The position numbers and the translations under genes are program-made. Below, in pieces: positions 18,291 through 28,007 of a stretch of 64,000 nucleotides of DNA. Within the stretch, counting starts at the first letter, position 1. Every line of letters starts with the position of its first letter. Below the pieces are notes generated by a model that did not search any database, had not been told where the DNA came from, and worked only from the letters and a program-made list of their open reading frames with translations. The stretch is from positions 334 through 64,333 of the forward strand of contig DATKMS010000036.1 of NCBI GenBank assembly GCA_035541735.1. The letters are read 5' to 3'. Origin of the DNA: Candidatus Margulisiibacteriota bacterium (GTDB lineage: Bacteria > Desulfobacterota > Binatia > HRBIN30).

Positions 18291-19910
18291 ATGAACGATT
18301 CGAGAGAACGACTGAAGGCGGAAGTGGCGCGCCGGCGCACCTTCGCGATCATCTCCCATCCCGACGCCGGAAAGACGACGCTGACCGAAAAGTTGCTGCT
18401 CTACGGCGGCGCCGTGCATCTGGCCGGGTCGGTGAAGCAGCGACGCGACGATCGCCACGCCACCAGTGACTGGATGGCGCTCGAGCGCGAGCGCGGCATC
18501 TCCATCACCACCAGCGTGATGCAGTTCCCCTATCGCGGCTACCAGCTCAACCTGCTCGACACGCCCGGCCACAACGACTTTAGCGAGGACACGTACCGTA
18601 CTCTGGCTGCTGCCGACTGCGCCATCATGCTGCTGGACAGCGCCAAGGGGGTGGAGCCGCAGACCATCAAGCTGTTCGAGGTCTGCCGCATGCGCCGCAT
18701 CCCCATCGTCACCTTCATCAACAAGATGGATCGCGACGGGCGCGACCCGCTCGACCTGCTCGACGAGATCGAGCGCGTGCTCGGCATTCCCGCTAGCCCA
18801 GCGACTTGGCCGATCGGCGCCGGTGCCGGCTTCCAAGGCGTCTACGATCGCTGGAAGCAGCAGGTGCTGCTGTTCGAGCGCGGCGAGCAGGCGGCGCACA
18901 AGGCGGTGATGCAGGTGAGCAGCCTCGGCGATCCGGCGTTCCGCGCCGCTATCGGCGAGCGCGCTCACGATCACCTCGCAGAGTCGCTCGCCCTGCTGCA
19001 CGGTGCCGGCACCGGCTTCGACAACCACGCCTTCCGCAGCGGCGCGCTGACACCGGTGTTTTTCGGCAGCGCCTTGACCAACTTCGGCGTCGAACCTTTC
19101 CTCGACCAATTCATCGAGCTGGCACCGCCGCCGCTGCCGCGCGCGACTGCCGGTGGCCCGGTGTCGCCCGACGCGCAGGCGTTCTCGGGCTTCGTCTTCA
19201 AAATTCAGGCGAACATGGACCCGCTGCACCGCGACCGCGTCGCCTTCGTGCGGGTGTGCTCCGGACGCTTCGTGCGCGGCATGGAAGTCACTCACGGGCG
19301 CACTGGCAAGCGGCTCGCCCTCAAGCGCTCGCTGCAGTTCCGGGCGCAGGAACGCACCTTGATCGAGGAGGCCTTTGCCGGCGACATTGTCGGCGTGTGG
19401 GATCCCGGCCTGCTGCGCATCGGCGACTCGCTCAGCGAGGCCGGAGGCATTGAGTTCGCTGGCATCCCGCGCTTCTCGCCGGAGCACTTCGTGCGGGTCA
19501 TCCTGGCCGAGGCCTTGAAGCGCAAGCAACTGAAGAAGGGGCTCGACCAGCTGTCTGAGGAAGGTGCGGTTCAAGTGTTCTTCCACCGCGAGCGTCTGGA
19601 GCGCGACCCCATCCTTGGCGCCGTCGGGCGGCTGCAGTTCGACGTCATCCAGGCGCGTCTCAAGAACGAGTACGAGGTCGACGTGCGCTTCGAAACCCTG
19701 CCATCGCAGCACGCCCGTTGGGTGGAAGGCAGTTTCGATCCCACCGACCTCGAGCGCTCCGGGGCAGTGCTCTGCCTCCTCGACGTAGAGGGCCGCCCGC
19801 TGCTGTTGTTCCAGAACGACTTCTGGCTGCGGCAGATCACCGAGCGCCACGCGCATCTGCGCTTCATCGCCGCGGTGCAGCCGGGCCGCAGCGAGCGCGC
19901 GGCGGCTTGA
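18291..19910 (+). CDS. prfC: peptide chain release factor 3
   Basis: Start taken at ATG 18291 (MNDSRERLK...). GTPase motifs AIISHPDAGKTTLTEKLL, DTPGHNDF and NKMD are present, and length and colinearity fit RF3. Confidence 0.9.
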   Translation: MNDSRERLKAEVARRRTFAIISHPDAGKTTLTEKLLLYGGAVHLAGSVKQRRDDRHATSDWMALERERGISITTSVMQFPYRGYQLNLLDTPGHNDFSEDTYRTLAAADCAIMLLDSAKGVEPQTIKLFEVCRMRRIPIVTFINKMDRDGRDPLDLLDEIERVLGIPASPATWPIGAGAGFQGVYDRWKQQVLLFERGEQAAHKAVMQVSSLGDPAFRAAIGERAHDHLAESLALLHGAGTGFDNHAFRSGALTPVFFGSALTNFGVEPFLDQFIELAPPPLPRATAGGPVSPDAQAFSGFVFKIQANMDPLHRDRVAFVRVCSGRFVRGMEVTHGRTGKRLALKRSLQFRAQERTLIEEAFAGDIVGVWDPGLLRIGDSLSEAGGIEFAGIPRFSPEHFVRVILAEALKRKQLKKGLDQLSEEGAVQVFFHRERLERDPILGAVGRLQFDVIQARLKNEYEVDVRFETLPSQHARWVEGSFDPTDLERSGAVLCLLDVEGRPLLLFQNDFWLRQITERHAHLRFIAAVQPGRSERAAA

Positions 19911-19950
19911 TGCGGAGGCGATTCGCCCGCGTCTCTGAGTAAGGCCACAT

Positions 19951-19996
19951 CTTGGTGGCGCTGGCTTGCCGTCCTCTCCCGCGCATCATCTCCGCC
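19951..19996. repeat. partial copy of the CTTGGTGGCGCTGG...GTCCTCTCCCGCGC-TCATCTC element
   Basis: cttggtggcgctggcttgccgtcctctcccgcgcatcatctc shares both blocks with 31220-31275. Here the 3' arm of the hairpin is missing. Confidence 0.5.
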
Positions 19997-20295
19997 TGGC
20001 TTTTCACCGCGGACTGTGCGATACATCAACGCACTGACACTAACGAAGCTGCCCCCCGCTGCGCGGCCCTACAGGGTTTGTGGACGTAGCCGCCGGGCGT
20101 GATCGGAAAGGTAAAGCCCCTCAACTACGACGTCTCGCTGTGTGCTCCCTTGCACTTCCCTCGGAGCGTCTCGCTCGCGCCAAGCGGCCGAAAGCCGCCA
20201 CACGCGCGCGTGCAGTCCGTTGCGCCGCCATCCTGGCCGCGTCACGCGTCGTCACAACCTTTGGAGACACATTGGAGACACAATTGATACCAACG

Positions 20296-21522
20296 ATGAA
20301 CGAGTTCGACCTGATTCCGGCTCTGGCTGAGGCTGTGGCGGACATGGGATACACGCGCCCGACGCCGATACAGGCGCAAGGCATACCGGTCGCCCTGGCC
20401 GGTCGCGACCTGATCGGATGCGCGGCGACGGGCACCGGCAAGACAGCAGCTTTCCTCCTGCCGATTCTGCAGCGCCTGCAGGAACCACGGGACGTCGGCT
20501 GCCGGGCGCTCATTCTGTCTCCGACGCGCGAGTTGGCCCTGCAGATCGACGAGCAGGTGCTCGCCCTCGGCTACCACGTCGGCCTCAGTGCGGTCGCCGT
20601 CGTGGGTGGGGTCGACATGCGCCCACAAGAACGCGCGCTGCGCGCCGGGTGCGAAATCGTGGTCGCGACGCCGGGGCGACTGCTGGACCACATGCGCTTC
20701 AAGTACGTCGACCTCGGCGCGGTCGAAATCGTGGTCATCGATGAGGCCGATCGCATGCTCGACATGGGGTTCCTACCCGACGTGCACCGCATCCTTGCGG
20801 CGCTGCCGGCGACGCGGCAGACGCTGCTATTCTCCGCGACCCTTTCACCAAGCATACGCGCGCTCACCCGCACGATCCTGCGCGATCCCGTAACGGTCAC
20901 GGTCGACCGGCAACAGCCGGCGGACGGGATTGCCCACAGCACATACCGCGTCGCACAGGAGAGGAAGTCTTCCCTGCTCGCGACCTTGCTGCGCCCGAAC
21001 GAGATGCGCTCGGTGCTCGTGTTCGTGAAGCGGAAAGTCGATGCGGACCGCCTTGCCCGTGCGGTAGGCCGGAGCGGCGTCAACGCCACCAGTCTGCATT
21101 CCGACCGCAGCCAGGCAGAGCGCACGGCGGCGCTCGACGCCTTCCGGCGCGGCGAGTGCCCGGTCTTGATCGCTACCGACGTGGCGGGACGCGGGCTCGA
21201 CATCAGCGGCATCTCGCACGTGATCAACTTCGACGTGCCGCGGTGCGCGGACGACTACATCCATCGCGCCGGACGCACCGCGCGGGCGGGAGCGAGCGGG
21301 CACGCGATCACCTTCATTGCCCCGCATGAGGAAGCCCTCCTCGGCGAGATTCAGGACAAGCTGGGCATTCCGTTGCCACATGCGGCGCTGCCCGATTCCA
21401 TCTCGCGGGCCATGGCGCAGAGAGCGCCCGCTCGCCGGCGCGCGCCGCAAACGCTACGCCCCGCGTCCGCGGCCCCGCAGCGCTCTCTCGCAAGCGCTTT
21501 GCCGGCACGCGTGGTACACTGA
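20296..21522 (+). CDS. DEAD-box ATP-dependent RNA helicase
   Basis: Start taken at ATG 20296 (MNEFDLIPAL...). Q-motif TPIQ, motif I AATGTGKTAAF, motif II VIDEADRMLDMGF, SAT (FSATLS) and motif VI HRAGRTARAG are present. Confidence 0.9.
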   Translation: MNEFDLIPALAEAVADMGYTRPTPIQAQGIPVALAGRDLIGCAATGTGKTAAFLLPILQRLQEPRDVGCRALILSPTRELALQIDEQVLALGYHVGLSAVAVVGGVDMRPQERALRAGCEIVVATPGRLLDHMRFKYVDLGAVEIVVIDEADRMLDMGFLPDVHRILAALPATRQTLLFSATLSPSIRALTRTILRDPVTVTVDRQQPADGIAHSTYRVAQERKSSLLATLLRPNEMRSVLVFVKRKVDADRLARAVGRSGVNATSLHSDRSQAERTAALDAFRRGECPVLIATDVAGRGLDISGISHVINFDVPRCADDYIHRAGRTARAGASGHAITFIAPHEEALLGEIQDKLGIPLPHAALPDSISRAMAQRAPARRRAPQTLRPASAAPQRSLASALPARVVH

Positions 21523-21617
21523 CGTTGCATATCGGGTTCATCGAGAACCCTGACACGCAATACTGCGCACGGTCGCCCTCAGTTGGGGCACTCCTTGTGC
21601 GGTAAAGGAGGGCCGAA

Positions 21618-21809
21618 ATGAACGTGCGCTTTGCGAACGGGGACGAGTTGCCGACTGGTTGGCATCCCGGTCAGTCGCTCACGGGGAAAAGCGTGGATCT
21701 ACAAGCTGCGGAGGAGTGCCCGTTTGGTCCTGGATGTCATTCGTGCCGGGATGGGCTCCAGTGGACCCGAGCATTTGAGACCCACCTAAAACCTCGAACG
21801 GATAGGTGA
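21618..21809 (+). CDS. hypothetical small protein (Cys-containing)
   Basis: Strong SD (AAAGGAGGG) lies 5-6 nt before ATG 21618. 63 aa with CPFGPGCHSC. No family recognised. Confidence 0.3.
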   Translation: MNVRFANGDELPTGWHPGQSLTGKSVDLQAAEECPFGPGCHSCRDGLQWTRAFETHLKPRTDR

Positions 21810-22312
21810 GTCAGGGGAGGACGACACCGCCACACTGCGGGCGGTGGCCGACGGGCGCGTCTGTCCGCCGATGGTTCAGGTTGTCGCATGGGTTCGGCAC
21901 CGGCCGCATCATGTCCCGCCTTCCTTGGTGTAGGTCCGTCCGGGCAATGCACGCTCAGGATCGGACAGAATCGAATGCGGATCGCACCGGTGATGACGGC
22001 GCAATGCGTGAAGGGAAATAGACGCTGTCCGACGCCGGAATCGGCCTCTTCACCACGCGCGACGTCACGTGCGCCAACTTCAGCCGCGGCTCGGGCCCAG
22101 GGCTTCATGGGTTGTGCCGAAGCGCAGAGGCTGCTACACAGTCACCCACTCACAACTGATTGTCCGGCGCGAGAACTCCGCCTAGCATTGCGGCGTCTGG
22201 CACGCCTCCCGCACCTTTCATTCAGCTACGACAACGACAGCAGGTGTCGCTGTCTTGAAGAGCCAAACGCAACACGGTCGTGGCGGCGGCCCAGCTAGAA
22301 GGAGTTCATGCA

Positions 22313-22594
22313 ATGGGAAGAAAACTGTACGTCGGCAATCTGGGCTTCGACGTCAACAACAAGGACCTCGAGGAACTGTTCGCGCAAGCCGGGGTCTGCG
22401 AGTCGGTCGCGGTGATCACCGATCGCGCCACCGGACAGTCGCGTGGCTTCGGCTTCGTTGAGATGGGTTCAAACGGTGAGGCCCAGAAAGCTATCCAGCA
22501 GTTCGACGGCCAGGAGTTCAAGGGCCGCGCCCTCAAGGTGAACGAGGCCAAGGAGCGCGACAACAACCACGGCGGCGGCAGAGGTCGCTACTAA
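22313..22594 (+). CDS. RRM-type RNA-binding protein (glycine-rich tail)
   Basis: GAAGGAG precedes ATG 22313. RNP-2 KLYVGNL, RNP-1 RGFGFVEM and C-terminal HGGGRGRY are present. Confidence 0.9.
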   Translation: MGRKLYVGNLGFDVNNKDLEELFAQAGVCESVAVITDRATGQSRGFGFVEMGSNGEAQKAIQQFDGQEFKGRALKVNEAKERDNNHGGGRGRY

Positions 22595-22602
22595 CCGCAC
22601 AC

Positions 22603-22636
22603 GGTTCGCACCCGTTGCCTGCAGCGGGTGCGAACC
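22603..22636 (+). terminator. hairpin terminator after the RRM gene
   Basis: ggttcgcacccg (22603-22614) pairs with cgggtgcgaacc (22625-22636), a 12-bp perfect stem followed by ttctc. The U-tract is weak. Confidence 0.55.
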
Positions 22637-22923
22637 TTCTCACGACGGTGCACGCGTCTTGACGGTTCAGGAGAAAACGTGCAATTCAGCCACAGCCATT
22701 TGGCTGCCTCCAAGCCGGCGCCACGGCGGCCCCAGAATGCCCCGGTCGTGTGCGCCCACGACGCACGACGGTTCGCCAACAATCGCTCCAGAGATTCAGC
22801 TCGGCTCGATACAGCCGGGTCCTCTGTTTATGCTGCCAGTACCCCCGACGATGACGCAACGTCGAGGTTGACCCGGCGCGCCAGCGTTCACTAGAGTCCA
22901 CCGGTCGGTTGAGGAGACTTCCA

Positions 22924-23730
22924 ATGGCCTACGAGACAATCGTCCTCGAGAAGCGCGACGGCATGGGCATCATCACGCTCAACCGGCCGCAGCGCTTGAA
23001 CGCGTGGACGCCGGTCATGGGTGCTGAGATGGCGGACGCCTTCCGCAACGTCGACCGTGATCCGTCGGTCCGTGTCGCCGTGCTCACCGGTGCCGGACGG
23101 GCCTTCTGCGCCGGCGCGGACATGGAGTTTTTTGCCGGGCAGATTGCGGCCGGCGGCGGGACGAAGAGCGAATCCGACACACAAGCTCCTGGCCCGTCGC
23201 GCGTCGAGGAGTTTCCGATGCTGATGCGCCGGCTCTCCAAGCCGAGCATCGCCGCGATCAACGGCTACGCGCTCGGCGTCGGCTGTACCATGACGCTGCT
23301 GTGCGACATGCGCATTGCAGCGGAAGAGGCCAAGCTCGGCTTCCTCTTTCCGCGCCTGGGGGTGATGGCGGAGCTGGGGTCGACCTTCCTGCTGCCACGC
23401 CTCGTCGGGCTCGGCCGCGCCTGCGAGTTCATGTTCACCGGCAAGCAGTTCACGGCTGCCGAGTGCGAACGCGCCGGGCTGGTGAATCATGTCGTACCGG
23501 TTGCGCGGCTGATGGACACGGTCGCCGAACTCGCGGGCGCGATGACGCAGTGTGCGCCGCTGTCGCTGCTGCTGACACGGCAGGCGCTGTACCAAGGGTT
23601 GCACGAGACGTTCGAAGCCCAGGTGCGCTACGAGGGATTCACGCTCGACTACCTCTACCGCACCCGCGACCACGCCGAAGCGGTGCGTGCGTTCAAGGAG
23701 AAGCGGCCGCCGCAGTTTGAAGGAAAGTGA
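22924..23730 (+). CDS. enoyl-CoA hydratase/isomerase family protein
   Basis: GAGGAG precedes ATG 22924. Crotonase-fold pattern: GIITLNRPQRLNAW, VLTGAGRAFCAGADM, AAINGYALGVGC. Confidence 0.85.
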   Translation: MAYETIVLEKRDGMGIITLNRPQRLNAWTPVMGAEMADAFRNVDRDPSVRVAVLTGAGRAFCAGADMEFFAGQIAAGGGTKSESDTQAPGPSRVEEFPMLMRRLSKPSIAAINGYALGVGCTMTLLCDMRIAAEEAKLGFLFPRLGVMAELGSTFLLPRLVGLGRACEFMFTGKQFTAAECERAGLVNHVVPVARLMDTVAELAGAMTQCAPLSLLLTRQALYQGLHETFEAQVRYEGFTLDYLYRTRDHAEAVRAFKEKRPPQFEGK

Positions 23731-23759
23731 GCTGGAATCAGCGGAGTCGACTCAGTGAT

Positions 23760-24734
23760 TCACTGATCCAACACCTCCACCTTCGCCTTTTTGCGTAGCT
23801 CAGCGACGAGGTCGGCCTGGCGCTTTTGGCGCTCGGACTTCTCCAGCAGCGCGCGGATTTGTTCTTCCACCTCGGGCAGCGGCGTGTAGCCGGCGCCGCG
23901 GCGCTCGGTGACCTTGATGATGTCGAAGCCGTACGGCGTGGTGACCAGGTCGCTGAGCTGTCCGGGCTTCAGCGCGAAGGCGTACTTCTCGAAGGCGCTG
24001 TCCATCTCACCCTTGGCGAGGAAGCCAAGGTCGCCGCCTTGCGCGGCCGAGCTGGCATCTTGCGATTCCTTGCGCGCCAGCGCCGCGAAATCGGCGCCCG
24101 CCTTGAGCTGGTCGAGCAGCGCACTGGCGCGCTGCTTGGCCGCGGCGCGCTCGGCCGCACCAGCTGCCTCCGGCACGCGCACCAGGATGTGGCTGACGCG
24201 AATCTGCTCCGGATGCTGGAAACTGTCTTTGTTGCTGTCGTAGAAGCTCTTGATCTGCTCAGGCGGCACAGTCACGTTCTTCCAGATACCGCCCTCGAGG
24301 AAACGGCTGACGGCCATCGTCTTGCGCGTGTCCCGCCGCAGGTCGTTTTCCGTCATGCTGCGCGCCTTCATCGCCGCTTGGAATGATTGCGCGTCCGGAA
24401 ACTGCTTCTTGCTGCGGTTGATTTCCGCGTCTACGTCGGCGTCGCTTACCTTGATGCCGCGCGTCTGGCTTTCCTGGTACAGCAACTCCAGCGCAATGAG
24501 CGAGTCGAGGGCCTCGTTCGCCAGCTGGGCAACGCTGCCGGGGTCAGGCTCCTTGTCCTGCATGAGGAGGATGCCCTGGACGACGTCCTTCACCTGCTTG
24601 CGGTAGATGGCCGTGCCGTTGACGCGGGCAACGACGTCCTCGTCGCGCATTGGCTGGTTGATGCGTTCGGCACTGGCGAGGCCAGGGAGGAACAGCAACG
24701 CGACAGTGAGCGCCGTCGTGGCGCGGCGAGTCAT
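23760..24734 (-). CDS. peptidyl-prolyl cis-trans isomerase, SurA/PrsA-like (parvulin domain), secreted
   Basis: Signal peptide MTRRATTALTVALLFLPGLASA, a SurA-N-like chaperone region, and a parvulin core (IRVSHILVRVPE...GGDLGFLAKGEM...PYGFDIIKV). Confidence 0.85.
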   Translation of the reverse strand: MTRRATTALTVALLFLPGLASAERINQPMRDEDVVARVNGTAIYRKQVKDVVQGILLMQDKEPDPGSVAQLANEALDSLIALELLYQESQTRGIKVSDADVDAEINRSKKQFPDAQSFQAAMKARSMTENDLRRDTRKTMAVSRFLEGGIWKNVTVPPEQIKSFYDSNKDSFQHPEQIRVSHILVRVPEAAGAAERAAAKQRASALLDQLKAGADFAALARKESQDASSAAQGGDLGFLAKGEMDSAFEKYAFALKPGQLSDLVTTPYGFDIIKVTERRGAGYTPLPEVEEQIRALLEKSERQKRQADLVAELRKKAKVEVLDQ

Positions 24735-24792
24735 GACGCACCCCTATAGAAGTGCCGGTAATCGGTCAACGTTGATTGTGACGATTGGGTGA

Positions 24793-24841
24793 GTGACCAG
24801 TGACCGCTAACCAGTAACCAGTAACCAGGGACCAGGGGACC
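24793..24841. repeat. heptad array, CAGTAAC family copy 1 (single arm)
   Basis: gtgacca gtgaccg ctaacca gtaacca gtaacca gggacca ggggacc, seven consecutive 7-nt units in the divergent gap between the PPIase gene and aguB. Confidence 0.8.
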
Positions 24842-24904
24842 GACGAGGCTTCGCGGCTCACGATCTTGCATCGCCCTGCCTTCCAGCGTATCGGTCGGTC
24901 GCAG

Positions 24905-25789
24905 ATGGGCGCGCGCGACAGCGTTACGATCGGTTTGGTCCAGATGCGCTGCAGCGTTGATCCGGGTGCGAATCTCGCTGCTGCGGTCGAGCGCATCGGA
25001 GAGGCGGCGGGGCAGGGGGCAGAGATTGTCTGTCTGCAGGAACTGTTTCGCTCGCAGTATTTCTGCCAGCGCGAGGATGCGGCGCTCTTCGATCTGGCTG
25101 AGCCGATTCCGGGTCCGAGCACGGATGCGCTCGGCCGTGCCGCCGCAGCGCACGGTGTCGCCGTCGTCGGCTCGATCTTCGAACGCCGCGCTGCCGGCCT
25201 GTACCACAATACCGCGGTGCTGATCGACACCGACGGCGCGTTGCGTGGCGTGTATCGCAAGATGCACATCCCCGACGATCCGCTGTACTACGAGAAGTTC
25301 TACTTCACGCCGGGTGATCTGGGGTTTCGCAGCCACAGGTTGCGCGACGTAGAGGTGGGCGCCCTGGTGTGCTGGGACCAATGGTTTCCAGAGGCGGCAC
25401 GGCTCACCGCGCTCGCCGGGGCGCAGATCGTCTGTTATCCGACGGCGATCGGCTGGCACCCGAGCGAGAAGGCGGAGTGCGGCGCGGCGCAGCACGAGGC
25501 GTGGGAGATCATGCAGCGCAGCCACGCCGTTGCCAACGGTGTGTTCGTTGCGGTGACCAACCGTGTCGGTGTCGAAGGCAACCTGGAATTCTGGGGCGGC
25601 TCGTTCGTCGCCGACCCCTTCGGGCGCCTCCTGGCACGCGCCAGTCACGACCGTGAGGAGATCCTCGTCGCGAAGTGCGACCTGCGCCTGATCGACGAGA
25701 CCCGCCGCAACTGGCCCTTCCTGCGCGATCGGCGGATCGATGCGTATGATGGGTTGTTGCGGCGCTTCCTGGACGAGCAAGAACGGTGA
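24905..25789 (+). CDS. aguB: N-carbamoylputrescine amidase (carbon-nitrogen hydrolase)
   Basis: Start taken at ATG 24905. Nitrilase-superfamily pattern: VCLQELF, YRKMHIPDDPLYYEKFYFTPGD and the catalytic Cys motif CWDQWFPE. It is adjacent to aguA. Confidence 0.8.
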   Translation: MGARDSVTIGLVQMRCSVDPGANLAAAVERIGEAAGQGAEIVCLQELFRSQYFCQREDAALFDLAEPIPGPSTDALGRAAAAHGVAVVGSIFERRAAGLYHNTAVLIDTDGALRGVYRKMHIPDDPLYYEKFYFTPGDLGFRSHRLRDVEVGALVCWDQWFPEAARLTALAGAQIVCYPTAIGWHPSEKAECGAAQHEAWEIMQRSHAVANGVFVAVTNRVGVEGNLEFWGGSFVADPFGRLLARASHDREEILVAKCDLRLIDETRRNWPFLRDRRIDAYDGLLRRFLDEQER

Positions 25790-25876
25790 GTCGGGGAGGC
25801 AAAAGTCAAAACGCAAAAGGCAAAAGTGGTGCCCGACTCTTGCCTTTTGGCCTTTGCGTCCGTTGCCTTTCTTGAG
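25788..25876. repeat. heptad-arm palindromic element, CAAAAG family copy 1
   Basis: ggcaaaa gtcaaaa cgcaaaa ggcaaaa gtgg ... cttgcct tttggcc tttgcgt. gagtcggg (25788-25795) and cccgactc (25832-25839) bracket the left arm. It fills the aguB-aguA gap. Confidence 0.8.
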
Positions 25877-25886
25877 CGGTCGTTGC

Positions 25887-26954
25887 ATGCCCAGCACGAA
25901 ATCCTCTCCAACCCCTGCCGCCCTCGGCTTTCGCATGCCGGCGGAGTGGGAGCCGCACGCGGCAACTTGGTTGGCGTGGCCACACAAGGAGGAGTCGTGG
26001 CCGGGAAATTTCGGTCCCATCCCGGCCGTGTGGGTCGAGATGGTGCGGGCGCTGGCGCCGCATGAGCGCGTCAACATCCTTGTCAACGATGCCACAGCGG
26101 CCGCCAGTGTGCGCGACTTGCTGCAGGTGGCGCAGGTGCCCCGTGACGCGGTGTCACTGCACCTGATTCCGACCAACGACGCGTGGGCGCGCGATCACGG
26201 CCCCACCTTTGTTACCCGGCAGGTCGACGGATGCAGCGAGTTGGCGGCGATCGACTGGATCTACAACGCCTGGGGCGGAAAGTATCCGCCGTGGGACCTT
26301 GACGACGTCGTCCCGCAAAAAATCGCCCCCCTGCTTGGTATCCGCCTCTTCGAACCGGGCATCGTGCTGGAGGGCGGCTCGATTGACGTGAACGGGAGCG
26401 GCACGCTGCTGACCACCGAAGCCTGTCTGCTCAATCCGAACCGCAACCCGCACCTCAGTCGCGCGCAGATCGAGCGCTACCTCAGGGACTACCTCGGTGT
26501 CCGCCACATTCTTTGGCTCGGTGAAGGCATCGCCGGCGACGATACCGACGGACATATCGACGACCTCGCGCGTTTCGTTGATCCCGCCACCGTGGTGACC
26601 GTGCTCGAGAGCAACCCGCGTGACCAGAATTACGAACCCCTGCACGCGAACTACGAGCGGCTGCGCCAAATGACCGATCAGGATGGCCGGGCGCTGCGTG
26701 TGCTGACCTTGCCGATGCCCGAACCGGTCTACTATGACGGCCAGCGCCTGCCGGCGAGCTACGCGAACTTCTACATTGCCAACAGCGTAGTGCTGGTGCC
26801 GGTGTTCGGCGACCCGCACGATGGTGAAGCGCTGCGCCGGCTGCAGCAAGTCTTCCCGCGCCGCCGCATCGTCGGCATTCAAGCCCGCGAGCTGGTATGG
26901 GGCCTGGGCGCGTTCCATTGCGTGACGCAGCAGCAACCGGCAGTGGAGCCGTGA
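25887..26954 (+). CDS. aguA: agmatine deiminase
   Basis: Start taken at ATG 25887 (MPSTKSS...). FRMPAEWEPHAATWLAWPH, DAWARDHGPTF, DGHIDDLARF and C-terminal GLGAFHCVTQQQP (catalytic Cys) are present. Confidence 0.85.
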   Translation: MPSTKSSPTPAALGFRMPAEWEPHAATWLAWPHKEESWPGNFGPIPAVWVEMVRALAPHERVNILVNDATAAASVRDLLQVAQVPRDAVSLHLIPTNDAWARDHGPTFVTRQVDGCSELAAIDWIYNAWGGKYPPWDLDDVVPQKIAPLLGIRLFEPGIVLEGGSIDVNGSGTLLTTEACLLNPNRNPHLSRAQIERYLRDYLGVRHILWLGEGIAGDDTDGHIDDLARFVDPATVVTVLESNPRDQNYEPLHANYERLRQMTDQDGRALRVLTLPMPEPVYYDGQRLPASYANFYIANSVVLVPVFGDPHDGEALRRLQQVFPRRRIVGIQARELVWGLGAFHCVTQQQPAVEP

Positions 26955-27007
26955 GTACGAGAGAGAGTGGAGCGTTTCGGATTCTCTCGCTCGCTCACCC
27001 CGTACTC
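26953..27007. repeat. imperfect palindromic element with GAGAG/CTCTC-type periodic arms
   Basis: gagtacg (26953-26959) pairs with cgtactc (27001-27007). The interior is agagagagtggagcg...ttctctcgctcgctcacc. 7-nt periodic CTC-rich units continue to ~27045. Confidence 0.5.
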
Positions 27008-27102
27008 TCCGACGCGCTCAACCTGCCACGCTCTGCCACACTCCGTTGACTCACCCGACCCCTTCTCCTACGCTGCGCTCGCCCGCGCCGCGCGGGGCAG
27101 CT

Positions 27103-27876
27103 ATGAACCGAACCTGCGCTCGTACCTGCGCCGGTTTCGTCGCCGGCCTGCTGACTTGGTCCGTGGCTGGCTGTTCGCACGACAGCGGCACGGGCGGGCG
27201 CGCCGAGTACTTCCCCTTGCACGACGAAGACACGTGGATCTACGGCGTCGAGCAACCGCTGCGTAACCTGCACACGCGCATGACCGTGCGCGTGCGCGGC
27301 GAGCGTTATATCACCCCGCTCGGGCAACACTGCCGGCTGGTCGACGAAACCTACGGCGGCCCCGACGCCGCGATGGCCCAGGCGCAGGGGGAAACGCAGG
27401 ACCGGCAAGTGCATCCGATTGCCTATTGCCGCAAGGATGGATTCCTCTACCGTGCTCTGTCGCTCGAATACCACGGCAAGGACGTGCGGGAAATTGGCCT
27501 CGGTTCCAGCGAGGAGCGCTTTCTGCCAGAAGGTCTGGAGAGCGAGTTTGTGTGGGACAGCCTGACCACCGCCTACGACCTGGGCGGTGGCACGGGGTAT
27601 GACGTCTACCAACACCATCACGCCGTGCCGGAGGTGCGCGTCATCGAGGTTCCGGCCGGGCGCTTCACCGGTTGCGTACGAGTCGAGACAGTGGCGGTGC
27701 ATAGCGGCCGCCACCAAGGAAAGAGTGAGTCAAACCCCATCGTGCTCTACTACACGGATTGGTATGCACCGAACGTCGGTCTGGTGCGCACGACGCAATC
27801 CGACCGCCCAGGCGACGCTCCGCCGCTATCACAAATTGAGTTGCTGGCTTATGATGTCGAAGGCGCTAGGAAATAG
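27103..27876 (+). CDS. hypothetical lipoprotein
   Basis: Start taken at ATG 27103. Signal plus lipobox MNRTCARTCAGFVAGLLTWSVAGC. No family recognised. Confidence 0.6.
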   Translation: MNRTCARTCAGFVAGLLTWSVAGCSHDSGTGGRAEYFPLHDEDTWIYGVEQPLRNLHTRMTVRVRGERYITPLGQHCRLVDETYGGPDAAMAQAQGETQDRQVHPIAYCRKDGFLYRALSLEYHGKDVREIGLGSSEERFLPEGLESEFVWDSLTTAYDLGGGTGYDVYQHHHAVPEVRVIEVPAGRFTGCVRVETVAVHSGRHQGKSESNPIVLYYTDWYAPNVGLVRTTQSDRPGDAPPLSQIELLAYDVEGARK

Positions 27877-28007
27877 TCGACCGTCGGCCGTCGAGAGGAT
27901 CTTCCCTTCGTCTTGTTCGGTTCTCGGCGCTCGACTCACAACTCTCGACGATCGGCTCTCATGAACTTTGACTTTTGCTCGTCAACTTGCCCTACTCGCG
28001 GACGCAC

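Noticed and set aside
18141-19856. 571-aa minus-strand ORF opposite prfC
   Set aside because: The RF3 GTPase motifs are unambiguous on the + strand. The antisense translation has no recognisable features.
24731-26176. 481-aa minus-strand ORF covering aguB and the start of aguA
   Set aside because: It lies antisense to two genes with clear catalytic motifs, and it also reads through a heptad repeat element.
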